Assembly (NCBI GenBank): GCA_964016885.1
Contig: CAXHJY010000078.1
Span: forward strand, 1 to 64,000
Length of the DNA stretch: 64,000 nt
Reading direction: 5' to 3'
Source of the DNA: Eledone cirrhosa
Lineage: Eukaryota
Shown: piece after piece, positions 18,727-31,329 of the stretch
Numbering within the stretch: position 1 is the stretch's first letter
Layout of the letters: every line of letters begins with the position of its first letter
Made by a program: the position numbers and the translations under genes
Notes under the pieces: generated by a model
Seen by the model: the letters and a program-made list of their open reading frames with translations, nothing else
What the model was told of the DNA's origin: nothing
Database searches by the model: none

Positions 18727-19103
18727 TATATCTCTCTATATACACATCTATCTCTCTATATACACATCTACCTCTCTATATACACACCTACCTCTCTATA
18801 TACACATCTACCTCTCTATATACACATCTACCTCTCTATATACACATCTATCTCTCTATATACACATCTACCTCTCTATATACACATCTACCTCTCTATA
18901 TACACATCTATCTCGCTATATACACATCTATCTCTCTATATACACATCTACATCTCTATATACACATCTATCTCTCTATATACACATCTATCTCTCTATA
19001 TACACATCTACCTCTCTATATACACATCTACCTCTCTATATACACATCTATCTCTCTATATACACATCTACCTCTCTATATACACATCTATCTCTCTATA
19101 TAC

Positions 19104-21765
19104 CGGCAAGTAAGGCTTCCAGGGACTGGATTAGCACTTTAGTTAAGGAGCGGTTGACGGGTGCCATCGTCAACAGCAGGTGGTGGGGATCTCTCAAAAG
19201 AGAGATTAGAGTAGTCTCTATAGAATTTAGTAAGGAGTTAACCTCAAATAGAAATAGGAAGGAAAGGGAGTTGGTAGATAGTGTAGAAGCGGCGACGTGG
19301 CCAGAGTGTTAGCGTCGAGAACGGCCCTGGGCCAGTTCTTCGACGCGAAACATGAAGGCTGCATCATCCGAAGCAAAATACGAGCTCTGGGAAATGAGGG
19401 GACCAAAGCTGTTAGCTGGGCCCACGTGACAGAAGCCAAAAGAGGGAGCAGATCCATTATCCGGTCTTTGCGAGACTAGGATGGACGGGTGATCCTTGAA
19501 CCTAAGCAGATGTGCGAGGCTTTTCAAAAGCACTTTGCCAGATTGTTCGGAAGGGGCGGGGAGCCGGTTAGGGAAGTGGACTTCGGTCCATACCTCGACA
19601 GCCTGCCGCGTCTCTCGGACAGGGAGGCGAAGTCCTGCGAGGAGCCGATTTCAGCCGCTGAGATAGAGGACGTGCTGAGCCAATGCGGCAAACGCAAATC
19701 CCCGGGTCTCGATGGTCTTCCATATGAACTATATCTAGCTATGCCGGATTTGTTCCCCGATCTCCTCGAGGCAGTCTACTGCAACTGGCAACAGAACGGG
19801 AGAATTCCCTGTGCTGTGTTCAAGGGTGTAGTCACGCTAGTGAGGAAGGACGAGAACAAGGACGATATAAATAATTTCAGGCCCATAACTCTGCTAAATA
19901 CAGAGTTACAGATTTTGGCCAAGGTGCTAGCAAAGAGGTTGGCGCTTGTCGTGGGCAACCTGGTGGGAGATGCGCAGACATGTGCTATCCCATCCAGGTC
20001 CATCCATGACAACCTCCACCTCATGCGATACATCATAGAGAGGGTTGGGAACGAACCCGGCTTTGGTGGGGCCCTGATCAACTTGGATCAATCTAAGGCG
20101 TTCGATAGGGTCGACCATGGTTACTTGGATGCGGTGCTAGCGGCGGCAGGCTTTGGACCCGTTTTCAGGGGCTGGATCAATGCCATGCACAACAGCTGCA
20201 TCTGCTCTAGGGTCAAGGTGAACGGCTGCCTCTTGGAGCCGTTCGAAATCGCGCGGTCCATCTGACAAGGGTGCCGTTTCTCCTCCCTTCTGTATGTAAT
20301 GACTCTAGAGCCACTGCTGAGGAAGTTGGAGTTGTTGCAGGGCATCCCGTTGGAACCGGGATTGCGGAAAGCGGTGTCAGCCTACGCCGATGACGTAACA
20401 GTAATGGTGTCGACGGCCTCGGAAATCAGGGCGATCGGCACCTTACTGGAGGAGTACGAAATGTTTACAGGGGCTAAGCTGAACCGGGACAAGTCGATCG
20501 GTCTGCAACTCGGCACGTGGAGGGGCAGATCGATGCCCTCCGATGGCGTCATCGGGCGCTGGACGGAGGGCCCGGTGAAGTTGCTCGGGGTCTGGTTCGG
20601 ACCAGACCTCCAGGTGGAGAAGAACTGGGGTGAGGTAACGAACAGGGTGTTTGCACTGACCCAGAAGTGGGCCGAGTGCAAAGTGTCCCTGAAAGGTCGG
20701 GCGGCGGTGGCGAACACCTATATAGCGTCCGTCATCTACTACCGCCTGACCGTTGTGCCTTGCCCAAGGGAAACGCTCGCCAAAATGGAGCGCGCACTCT
20801 TCCAATTCCTTTGGAAGAAGCGGGCTCCTATGGTGAGGAGATCCATCTGCTGTCAACACCCTTCGAAAGGTGGGCTGGGCATGCCATAGCTAATGATACG
20901 TAAACACGCATTAAGGCTACGGAACCGCCAGGTATTCCTCACCGGTCAACCGGTGTGGGCCCCGTTTGTGAGGCGAGCCTTTCCCAGACTCGTCTCGCTC
21001 ACCGAGCTGCAATCCTGGGTCAAGCAAAGACCGAGAAAACTGGGTGCCTGGCACACTGAGTGTGCCCAGGCCCTCATGGCTCTCTGGCAGGCGGACCCAG
21101 CTGTCAGTGGAGAATCCACCTCGTCATTCTATAGAGGGCTGGTGGTTAGCAGGTGCGACGACGCCCTCGGAGAAGCCCTAGGCATGGAGGAAGACGAACT
21201 GGCCAACCTGTTTGGTAGGACATTCAGCCCGGGACCCATGGATAACTTCCAGAGGTCCATGGCCTGGCAGTGCTACCGAGGGGCTCTGTCCGTTCGAGAA
21301 AGGCTCTACAGACACGGGCGCCCGGGTAGGGACCCCTCTAAAAAGATCTGTCCCAGATGCATGTGCGACGAGGAAACCGTTGCACACGCATTGGTACACT
21401 GCTCGGGCATTGCCGATCTGTGGGGCTATGTCGAACAACTGCTGTCAAGGGTGGGACCGACCCGGTTGACCACCGAGTCTATTGTAACGATCAAGCCGCC
21501 TCCCCCCTTCAAAGATGAAGCAGAGGCGGTGTTTCTGTGCGTAATAGCCATGGCGAAAGAGGTTGTATGGTGGACGCGTCTGAAAGGACTGAGGTGAGAC
21601 ACCTTTCTCTCTGGCCAACAAATGGTCCGTTTCTTCCGATATCATTTCGGAAGAAGGATCAGGATGGAGAGAGAGGTGCTGCACCCCAGCCGTTTCTATG
21701 AAAGATGGGTGAAAGTGGCGAGAATGGCCCGTGTGAATGGGCCTTCATTCTACATCAGACTATAG
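19104..21765 (+). pseudogene. Disrupted ORF2 (reverse transcriptase) of copy C
   Basis: Frameshift near 19295; in-frame stops at ~19477, 20263, 20887 and 21595. Confidence 0.9.
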
Positions 21766-22029
21766 GTGAAGAAGATGAAAGATCAAGGGAGCACCCCCTC
21801 TCTGTGCTCCTGAGGAGAAGGGTTGCACACTTTTTTTCGTGGGTGTGTGCGACCCCCTAAGGCGCCTCCTCTCTATTGAGGATTTTGTTATTAAATTTAT
21901 TTTTGTTATATTTTATCTTATTTTTATATCTTGTTATTGCCTCCTCCTTATTGAGGACGCCTTGTTTTGTAAACTCCCCCCATTGTACTTGTCCCACTTT
22001 TTTATGCCCTGGTGGCAAATAAACAGAAA
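19104..22029 (+). mobile_element. 5'-truncated Tx1/L1-type LINE, copy C
   Basis: Homologous to ORF2 from ~aa 253 to the end; RT motifs KSPGLDG, RPITLLN, DQSKAFDRV, YADD; same 3'UTR as copies A/B. Confidence 0.95.
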
Positions 22030-24340
22030 GTTATCTCTCTATATACACACCTATCTCTCCATATATACACACCTATCTCTCTATATACAAACCTACCTCT
22101 CTATATACAAACCTACCTCTCTATATACACACCTATCTCTCTATATACACACCTACCTCTCTATATACACATCTACCTCTCTATATACACACCTATCTCT
22201 CTATATACACAACTACCTCTCTATATACACACCTATCTCTCTATATACACACCTATCTCTCTATATACACACCTACCTCTCTATATACACATCTACCTCT
22301 CTATATACACACCTACCTCACTATAGACACATCTACCTCTCTCTATATACACACCTATCTCTCTATATACACACCTACCTCTATATATACACAACTACCT
22401 CTCTATATACACACCTATCTCTCTATATACACACCTACCTCTCTATATACACATCTATCTCTCTATATACACACCTACCTCTCTATATATACACACCTAT
22501 CTCTCTATATACACATCTATCTCTCTATATACACACCTACCTCTCTATATATACACCTATCTCTCTATATACACACCTATCTCACTATATACACATCTAC
22601 CTCTCTATATACACATCTACCTCTCTATATACACATCTACCTCTCTATATATACACACCTATCTCTCTATATACACACCTATCTCTCTATATACACAACT
22701 ACCTCTCTATATACACAACTACCTCTCTATATACACACCTATCTCTCTATATACACACCTATCTCTCTATATACACACCTACCTCTCTATATACACATCT
22801 ACCTCTCTATATACACATCTACCTCTCTCTATATACACATCTATCTCTCTATATACACACCTACCTCTCTATATATACACATCTACCTCTCTATATACAC
22901 ATCTACCTCTCTATATACACACCTATCTCTCTATATATACACATCTACCTCTCTCGATATATACACATCTACCTCTCTATATACACACCTATCTCTCTAT
23001 ATACACATCTATCTCTCTATATATACACATCTATCTCTCTATATATACACAGCTACCTCTCTATATATACACACCTACCTCTCTATATACACACCTACCT
23101 CTCTCTATATACACATCTATCTCTCTATATATACACACCTATCTCTCTATATACACACCTATCTCTCTATATACACACCTACCTCTATATATACACAACT
23201 GCCTCTCTATATATACACCTACCTCTCTATATATACACACCTACCTCTCTATATACACATCTACCTCTCTCTATATACACATCTATCTCTCTATACACAC
23301 CTATCTCTCTATATACACATCTACCTCTCTATATACACATTTATCTCTCTATATACACATCTACTTCTCTATATATACACATCTACCTCTCTACATATAC
23401 ACATCTACCTCTCTCTATATACACACCTATCTCTCTATATACACACCTATCTCTCTATATACACATCTACCTCTCTATATACACATCTACCTCTCTATAT
23501 ATACACATCTACTTCTCTATATATACACATCTACCTCTCTATATACACATTTATCTCTCTATATACACATCTATCTCTCTATATACACATCTACCTCTCT
23601 CTATACACACACCTACCTCTCTCTATACACACACCTACCTCTCTATATATACACACCTACCTCTCTCTATATACACACCTATCTCTCTATACACACACCT
23701 ACCTCTCTATATATACACACCTACCTCTCTCTATATACACACCTACCTCTCTATATACACATCTACCTCTCTATATACACATTTATCTCTCTATATACAC
23801 ACCTATCTCTCTATATACACATCTACCTCTCTATATACACATTTATCTCTCTATATACACATCTATCTCTCTCTATACACACACCTACCTCTCTATATAT
23901 ACACACCTACCTCTCTCTATATACACATCTACCTCTCTATATACACATCTACCTCTCTATATACACATTTATCTCTCTATATACACATTTATCTCTCTAT
24001 ATACACATTTATCTCTCTATATACACACCTATCTCTCTATATACACATTTATCTCTCTATATACACATTTATCTCTCTATATACACATCTATCTCTCTAT
24101 ATACACATCTATCTCTCTATATACACATCTACCTCTCTATATACACACACCTACCTCTCTATATATACACGCCTACCTCTCTATGTACACACCTATCTCT
24201 TTATATACACACCTATCTCTATATATACACATCTATCTCTCTCTATATACATCTATCTCTCTCTATATACATCTACCTCTCTATACATATCTACCTCTCT
24301 ATACATATCTACCTCTCTATATATATCTACCTCACTCTAT

Positions 24341-24412
24341 ATAATAATAATAATGAAATTATTGTGTAAAGTGCTCAGGTGCACTACAACTCGTCAATAT
24401 AGTACATAGAAT
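24341..24412 (-). mobile_element. 3' tip of a CR1-like LINE with (ATT)n tail
   Basis: GAAATTATTGTGTAAAGTGCTCAGGTGCACTACAACTC matches 29061-29098. Confidence 0.75.
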
Positions 24413-24565
24413 AATATACATCTATCCCTGTGTGTATATACATAGATCTATGTATATATACACACATCTCTCTCTATCTAGGCATCTATCCATCTCTCTA
24501 TACACATCTATCCATCAGTACTTTCAGCAAACATTCCTATCAGACCATACCATATTCTCTACCAT

Positions 24566-24691
24566 CCTGGTCCTAATGGTGACGCTCTTCGCACTTAAAC
24601 CATCAAGTGCCATGTTCAATTCCTGACCGGGCGGAATGTTGTATCTTTGAACAGGACACTTCATTTCACGTTGCTCCAACTAGTCTCAGCT
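24566..24691 (+). mobile_element. Degenerate tRNA-derived CORE-like SINE fragment
   Basis: Box A-like TGGTCCTAATGG, box B-like GTTCAATTCC, then TTGAACAGGACACTTCATTTCACGTTGCTCCA similar to 26804-26834. Confidence 0.7.
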
Positions 24692-24741
24692 AGAATATAT
24701 ATATACCGGTATATATAGATATATATATATCTATATATACC

Positions 24742-24781
<40 letters not shown>

Positions 24782-24838
24782 CCTTATCGAGCCCTCTTCG
24801 GATTTTAATCTTCACATTTATTATTATTACTCTCTCTT

Positions 24839-24873
<35 letters not shown>

Positions 24874-25044
24874 GATATAGATAGGTAAATATGCACGGGT
24901 GTGTATGATTGTGTATAGAAGATTATATTAATAAGAGGAATTCCAACTTTGTCTGATTTACTCGTTTTATTTACAATCCTTTAAAAATATATAATGGTAT
25001 TATAATGAAATAGTATGATAGAATATTAAATTCTAAGTGTTAAT

Positions 25045-25083
25045 TGAACAAGTACTTTCATGCTTTCGCAATCTTCAGGTTCA
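25045..25083 (-). ncRNA. Minimal type-I hammerhead ribozyme (left arm)
   Basis: Exact mirror of 25164-25202. Confidence 0.8.
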
Positions 25084-25163
25084 TGATATGTGGTGACAGT
25101 CGAGTTTGCAATTTTCAACTGTTGAAAATTGAAAATTGCAAACTCGACTGTCACCACATATCA

Positions 25164-25202
25164 TGAACCTGAAGATTGCGAAAGCATGAAAGTACTTGTT
25201 CA
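25164..25202 (+). ncRNA. Minimal type-I hammerhead ribozyme (right arm)
   Basis: UGAAC-CUGAAGA-U UGC gaaa GCA U-GAAA-GUAC-UU-GUUCA: 5-bp stem I, GNRA-capped stem II, 1-bp stem III with palindromic GUAC loop. Confidence 0.8.
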
Positions 25203-25316
25203 ATTAACACTTAGAATTTAAAATGGTATCATACTATTTCATTATAATACCATTATATATATTTTAAAGGATTGTAAATAAAACGAGTAAATCAGACAAA
25301 GTTGGAATTCCTCTTA

Positions 25317-25375
<59 letters not shown>

Positions 25376-25408
25376 ATAATTAGAAAGTGAACAACACAAA
25401 ATATAACT

Positions 25409-25475
25409 ACTCCATTACCAAAGGTTTCTGGATCACAGACGATAATAATATACGTCTGGATCGGTCGTTTAGAGT
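25409..25475 (-). ncRNA. Decayed hammerhead (CUG of the core lost)
   Basis: Minus: ACUCUA-AACGA-CCGAUCCAGACG(11 nt)CGUCUGUGAUCCA-GAAA-CC uuu GG-UA-AUGGAGU; three stems retained. Confidence 0.5.
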
Positions 25476-25483
25476 TATGTAAA

Positions 25484-25522
<39 letters not shown>

Positions 25523-25703
25523 CACAAATATATATATATATATATATATATACAGGAATGTGGGTGGTCCACGTTCGGTTTTCCCAATTTGGAGGGTGGG
25601 TTGTGGGTTGGTTTAGAAGGGGTCATGAGTGTAGGTAGGTTGGCGTTTGATTGAGGGTGATCAAGTGTTTTTGGACAGATTTGACCAATAACGGTCTTAT
25701 TTA

Positions 25704-25743
<40 letters not shown>

Positions 25744-25746
<3 letters not shown>

Positions 25747-26644
25747 GGTGTTCGGGATAAATTTGACAGTTTCATCAGGAAAAAGAAAAAGTGCTTGGTA
25801 TCTACAAAATTTATTTGGTTTAAAAGAAATTCAATGGAGAAGGAAATTACACTATTGTCAAAGAGTTTTACTCAAAATAACCTCCATTAGCGTCTATTAC
25901 AGCCTCAATCCGGGCCCGGAACCTAGAGCAAGCTGATTTTACACTTTGCCTGGGAAGGCCCTCAAAAACTACTTTAATTCTGTCGATTAACTGGGCTTTT
26001 GTAGTACTGGCACGGCGATTGGTGTCTTTCTCTACAGCGCCCCATACATAATAGTCCATCGGGTTAAGATCAGGGGAGTTCGGAGGCCAAACATTGGGAC
26101 TGGTGTAGTCGTAAAACTTGGCTGACAACCATTTTTGACTTTTCCCCGAGGTGTGGCAGGGGGCCGAATCCAGCTGCCATACATACGGCCTATTATTGGC
26201 TACCCTTGTTATCCAGGGCTTCAATTCATGCGACAAAGACTGAATTCCGATGCCAGGGTCCTCCAACACTTTTTTCTGCAGATTTTCGATGAATTCTGCT
26301 GTGCGAGAGCAATCAGATCTTCTGTTATGTTTCTTTCTTCTAGCCACAGCCTCGTAGTCTCCATTGCAATTCTCCAGTTCATGCCGGATTGTTTTTACAG
26401 TGTTCAGGGAGCATTGAGCAGCGACCATAATCTCCTTATTTTGATGGCCGGCGCGAATCATCATGATACAAGTTATTCTCTTCCATGATTCAGGTGGCTC
26501 CCAGTCATCCATTCTCGTTGTCATCACATATATGAATGAAGGAGGGTTTAAACTTTCAAATAAAGCCTAGTGGGCATGAATGAATTTAAAACATCTGAAA
26601 AAACAACCAAATATTATTCTGTCAAATTTATCCCGAACACCCTG
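25744..26644 (-). mobile_element. Tc1/mariner DD37D (maT-type) DNA transposon, internally deleted, 901 bp
   Basis: Perfect 26-bp TIRs CAGGGTGTTCGGGATAAATTTGACAG (25744-25769 / 26619-26644); TA on the left flank, TG microsatellite on the right. Confidence 0.93.
25868..26527 (-). pseudogene. Transposase with in-frame internal deletion (219 aa)
   Basis: HTH-like N-terminus joined at 'SLSHEL|KPWIT' to 'WQLDSAPCH...WPPNSPDLNPMDY'; 37 residues between the last two Asp; first catalytic Asp region missing. Confidence 0.85.
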
Positions 26645-26666
26645 TGTGTGTGTGTGTGTGTGTGTG

Positions 26667-26715
<49 letters not shown>

Positions 26716-26716
<1 letters not shown>

Positions 26717-27059
26717 GAGGCACATGGGTTAGTGGTTAGAGCATTGGCCTTGCAATCGAAAGGTTGTGAGTTCAATTCTCAGACCAGGTGATGTGTTGTT
26801 TCCTTGAGCAAGACACTTTATTTCACATTGCTCCAGTTTACTCAGCTGTAGAAATGAGATGATAGGGACTGGGGTCCCTATCATTCCACTGCAAAGTGGT
26901 CGCAGAGGTGCCACGGCAAAAAAGCACCCAGCACTCACTGTAAATGAGGTTGGTGTTAGGAAGGGCATCCAGCTGTAGAGATGGAGCCAGCATCAGTTCC
27001 CGTCGCACCCTTGTAAGCAGGGAAAGGCGGACGTGAAATGAAATGATGAAAAAAATGAT
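26716..27059 (+). mobile_element. tRNA-derived SINE with CORE-like centre and RTE-derived 3' tail
   Basis: Box A TGGGTTAGTGG, box B GAGTTCAATTC, core TCCTTGAGCAAGACACTT; 26936-26979 matches the RTE 3'UTR (8946-8989, minus) at 42/44 nt. Confidence 0.88.
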
Positions 27060-27214
27060 AGAAGGATACCAGTAACAATGGAGATTTGACCGGTGTCCTG
27101 GGGTTAGGTGAAGTCTTTTCTTGATAATAGGGGTGGTGAAACATGCAAGGAACCTCCTATGGGATTCAACACCATATGAGGCCAGCTAGACCTATGTTGG
27201 TTCTGAGCTGTAAC

Positions 27215-28290
27215 TACCACTACCACCATACCATTCTCTCTACCACCATACCATTGTCTCTACCACCACACCATTCTCTCTACCACTACACCATTCTCTC
27301 TACCACCACACCATTCTCTCTACCACCACACCATTCTCTCTACCACCATACCATTCTCTCTACCACCACACCATTCTCTCTACCACCATACCATTCTCTC
27401 TACCACCATACCATTCTCTCTACCACCATACCATTCTCTCTACCACCATACCATTCTCTCTACCACCATACCATTCTCTCTACCACCATACCATTCTCTC
27501 TACCACCACACCATTCTCTCTACCACTACACCATTCTCTCTACCACCACACCATTCTCTCTACCACCACACCATTCTCTCTACCACCATACCATTCTCTC
27601 TACCACCACACCATTCTCTCTACCACCATACCATTCTCTCTACCACCACACCATTCTCTCTACCACCACACCATTCTCTCTACCACCACACCATTCTCTC
27701 TACCACCATACCATTCTCTCTACCACCACACCATTGTCTACCACCACACCATTGTCTACCACCATACCATTGTCTACCACCATACCATTGTCTACCACCC
27801 CACCATTGTCTCTACCACCACACCATTCTCTCTACCACCATACCATTGTCTCTACCACCACACCATTCTCTCTACCACCACACCATTGCCTCTACCACCA
27901 CACCATTCTCTCTACCACCATACCATTCTCTCTACCACTACACCATTCTCTCTACCACCATACCATTGTCTCTACCACCATACCATTGTCTCTACCACCA
28001 TACCATTCTCTCTACCACCATACCATTCTCTCTACCACTACACCATTCTCTCTACCACCATACCATTGTCTCTACCACCATACCATTGTCTCTACCACCA
28101 TACCATTGTCTCTACCACCATACCATTGTCTCTACCACCATACCATTCTCTCTACCACCATACCATTCTCTCTACCACTACACCATTCTCTCTACCACCA
28201 TACCATTGTCTCTACCACCATACCATTGTCTCTACCACCATACCATTCTTTCTTCCACCATGCCATTCTCTCTTCCACCATACCATTCTG
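27215..28290. repeat. 20-bp minisatellite TACCACCA(T/C)ACCATT(C/G)TCTC
   Basis: Regular 20-nt period, ~54 units. Confidence 0.97.
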
Positions 28291-28602
28291 TCTAAAACTC
28301 AACATACCACCGTATCAGTCACTCTATACCACTGGGCCTGCCATCTACCATTCAATCTTCCGTGGTTGTATAATTTTAATAACTAATATTTTCCTAAAAC
28401 TTGGTAATTTCTCCGTTTTAATAATATTTATAATACAGTATATTATAATTTACCCATGACATACAATAGAGAATGTAGAGGTGATGTGGTGCCCCAGTAT
28501 GGCCTTGGTTGTGGTGGTGGTGGGAGGTGCTGCCCCAGTATGGCTTTAGTTGTCTTGGTTTAAAATATACTGAAGAACAAAATCCTAAGACAAAACGTTA
28601 AA

Positions 28603-28842
28603 AAGACAGATGTTGTCACAAGATGTGACTGGGGTCTCAAACATGAGACCCCAGACAGATGTCACAAGATATGGCTGGGGTCAACATGAGGCCCCAGACA
28701 GAGATGTTGTCAGAAGATATGGCAAGGGTCTCAAACATGAGACCTCAGACAGAAATGTTATTACAACATGACAGGGGTCTAATATGAGACTCCAGACAGA
28801 TCTCACAAGATATGGCAGGGGTCAACATGAGGACCCAGACAG
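28603..28842. repeat. Degenerate ~41-48 bp tandem repeat, ~5 units
   Basis: Recurrent CCAGACAGATGTCACAAGATATGGC.GGGGTC..AACATGAG. Confidence 0.8.
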
Positions 28843-29047
28843 AACAATTTTCACAGCACATTGCTTTTATTTCTCCCTGTTTTAATAATATTTATTTTAT
28901 AATTTATTGTAATTTAACCAGGAAATACAATTAAATGGTTTTAAAAAATGGAATTTATCAGAAGTAGAAACAGTAAATATGTCCTCCTATATTTTGTAAT
29001 TCCCATATCCCTCTTACTATCATATGTCGATTACATTTTATGTAATA

Positions 29048-29293
29048 TGATAATGATAACGAAATTATTGTGTACAGTGCTCAGGTGCACTACAACTCAT
29101 CAAAGGTGCATGTATAGTACATAGAATGATGTACAAATGTCAGGGAAATGAATAGTGTATGAGTCATGATATACATGTGTCTATGTGTATGGAGGGGAAT
29201 ATTAGGTGTAGTGTTAGCGAATCTCAGGAAGCATGGAGGTTTTAAAGGATGCAGTGTCTCGACGGCTAACAACTGATGCAGGGAGTTTGTTCC
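29048..29293 (-). mobile_element. CR1-like LINE 3' end (ORF2 C-terminus plus 3'UTR)
   Basis: Minus-strand translation WNKLPASVVSRRDTASFKTSMLPEIR* fits the CR1/L2 'WN.LP..VV....SFK' terminus; tail shared with 24341-24412. Confidence 0.8.
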
Positions 29294-30331
29294 ATGGAGG
29301 TTTTGAAGGATGCAGTGTCTCGACAGCTAATAACTGATGAAGGTAGTTTGTTCCATGGAGGTTTTAAAGGATGCAGTGTCTCAACAACTAACAACTAATG
29401 CAGGTAGTTTGTTCCATGGAGGTTTTAAAGGATGCAGTGTCTCGACAGCTAACAACTGATGGAGGTAGTTTGTTCCATGGAGGTTTTAAAGGATGCAGTG
29501 TCTCAGCAGCTAACAACTGATGCAGGTAGTTTGTTCCATGGAGGTTTTAAAGGATGCAGTGTCTTGACAGCTAACAACTGATGGAGGTAGTTTGTTCCAT
29601 GGAGGTTTTAAAGGATCCAGTATCTCGACAGCTAGCAACTGATGCAGGTAGTTTGTTCCATGGAAGTTTTAAAGGATGCAGTGTCTCGACAGCTAACAAC
29701 TGATGCAGGGAGTTTGTTCCATGGAGGTTTTGAAGGATGCAGTGTCTCGACAGCTAATAACTGATGAAGGTAGTTTGTTCCATGGAGGTTTTAAAGGATG
29801 CAGTGTCTCGACGGCTAACAACTGATGCAGGGAGTTTGTTCCATGGAGGTTTTAAAGGATGCAGTGTCTCGACAGCTAACAACTGATGCAGGTAGTTTGT
29901 TCCATGGAGGTTTTAAAGGATGCAGTGTCTCGACAGCTAACAACTGATGCAGGTAGTTTGTTCCATGGAGGTTTTAAAGGATGCAGTGTCTCGACAGCTA
30001 ACAACTGATGGAGGTAGTTTGTTCCATGGAGGTTTTAAAGGATGCAGTGTCTCGACAGCTAACAACTGATGCAGGGAGTTTGTTCCATGGAGGTTTTGAA
30101 GGATGCAGTGTCTCGACAGCTAACAACTGATGCTGGTAGTTTGTTTCATGGAAGTTTTAAAGGATGCAGTGTCTCGACAGCTAACAACTGATGCAGGTAG
30201 TTTGTTCCATAGAGGTTTTAAAGGATGCAGTGTCTCGACAGCTAACAACTGATGCAGGTAGTTTGTTCCATGGAGGTTTTAAAGGATGCAGTGTCTCGAC
30301 AGCTAGCAACTGATGCAGGTAGTTTGTTCCA
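29232..30331. repeat. 61-bp minisatellite, 18 units, derived from LINE coding sequence
   Basis: Unit CATGGAGGTTTTAAAGGATGCAGTGTCTCGACAGCTAACAACTGATGCAGGTAGTTTGTTC; starts at 29232, 29293, ... Confidence 0.97.
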
Positions 30332-30507
30332 TATATCAACCTATCACCTGTATTGTAGATTAGTGTTATAACTGGTGGATATCACACCACCTTATGCCAC
30401 TCTTGGCCAGCTGTGTCTCTCCCTTGAGAGGTAATGGCCATTTCGAGTCCCTCAGATTTAAGCCCATCGTCTAAACCAATCTACATTCTCTTATAAAACA
30501 TACCTCA

Positions 30508-30793
30508 TATCACCATACCACCATGTCTTAACCTACTACCATACCACCATACCTTAATCTACCACCATGCCACCATAACTTAATCTACCACCATACCACA
30601 ATCTACCACCATACCTTAATCTACCACCATACCACAATCTACCACCATGCCACCATTCCACCATACCACCATACCTTAATCTACCACCGTACCACCACAC
30701 CACCATAAAACCATATCTTAATCTACCACTATACCACCACACCACAATCTACCACCATACCTTAATCTACCACCATACCACCATACCATCTTA
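30508..30793. repeat. Degenerate ~18-bp repeat CTACCACCATACC(TT/AC)AAT
   Basis: Direct inspection. Confidence 0.8.
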
Positions 30794-30899
30794 ACAGAGA
30801 CAACAGACCCAAAGCTATCGTAGAATGTGGGAGACAATTATTGAGTATCGTGGAGTTGCTGGAACATTGACACACACATATACATATACATATACATAC

Positions 30900-31272
30900 A
30901 TGGTGGCTGCCAACTCGTTTTCGAGTACGGCCACTACTTTATATCCATGTAGGAGAACCCCTACTGATGCGCTGAACGAGTGTGACTTTTTAGTCCAGCC
31001 AGCGACTTGAAAACTCTGGTACAAACACTACACTTGTGACAATTATTGACACATAGTGCTGGGCACATGGTACCATGTGACAAGTGCAAAGAGATCTCCA
31101 GATATAAAGCAATGCCTGTGCCGTGAAGCTTTTATAGTGAGCAAAAGCACTGCACAAAGCCAGTCCCACTCTCTTAACCAAGATGATATTTACCAAAAAG
31201 AAGAACAAGTCAACATCATTGGATACCATCAGGGTTGCAAGTGTTATATCAGAGTTTTCCTTCTCCTAGAAT
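30900..31272 (-). mobile_element. ~375 bp unclassified interspersed repeat, copy 2
   Basis: Reverse complement of 2000-2375 with scattered substitutions. Confidence 0.8.
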
Positions 31273-31329
31273 ATATATACATACATACATACATACATAC
31301 ATACATACATACATGCATACAAAAAAGTT

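Larger units (their letters stand above)
13185..24340. repeat. 20-bp minisatellite ACACATCTA(T/C)CTCTCTATAT, interrupted by three LINE insertions
   Basis: Regular 20-nt period in four blocks (13185-14104, 14948-17235, 18727-19103, 22030-24340). Confidence 0.97.
24924..25325. repeat. ~400 bp near-perfect palindrome (centre ~25120)
   Basis: ATAAGAGGAATTCCAACTTTGTCTGATTTACTCG... mirrored by ...CGAGTAAATCAGACAAAGTTGGAATTCCTCTTAT; 7-bp GAAAATT duplication next to the centre. Confidence 0.97.

Noticed and set aside
26716-26795. Possible tRNA gene
   Set aside because: A/B boxes present but no acceptor stem; continues into SINE core and tail
29232-30331. CRISPR-like regular array
   Set aside because: No unique spacers, no cas genes, eukaryotic context; units are LINE-derived
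30902-30940. HDV-like ribozyme in the terminal stem-loop of the 375-bp repeat
   Set aside because: No L3/P1.1/J4-2 consensus or nested pseudoknot identifiable
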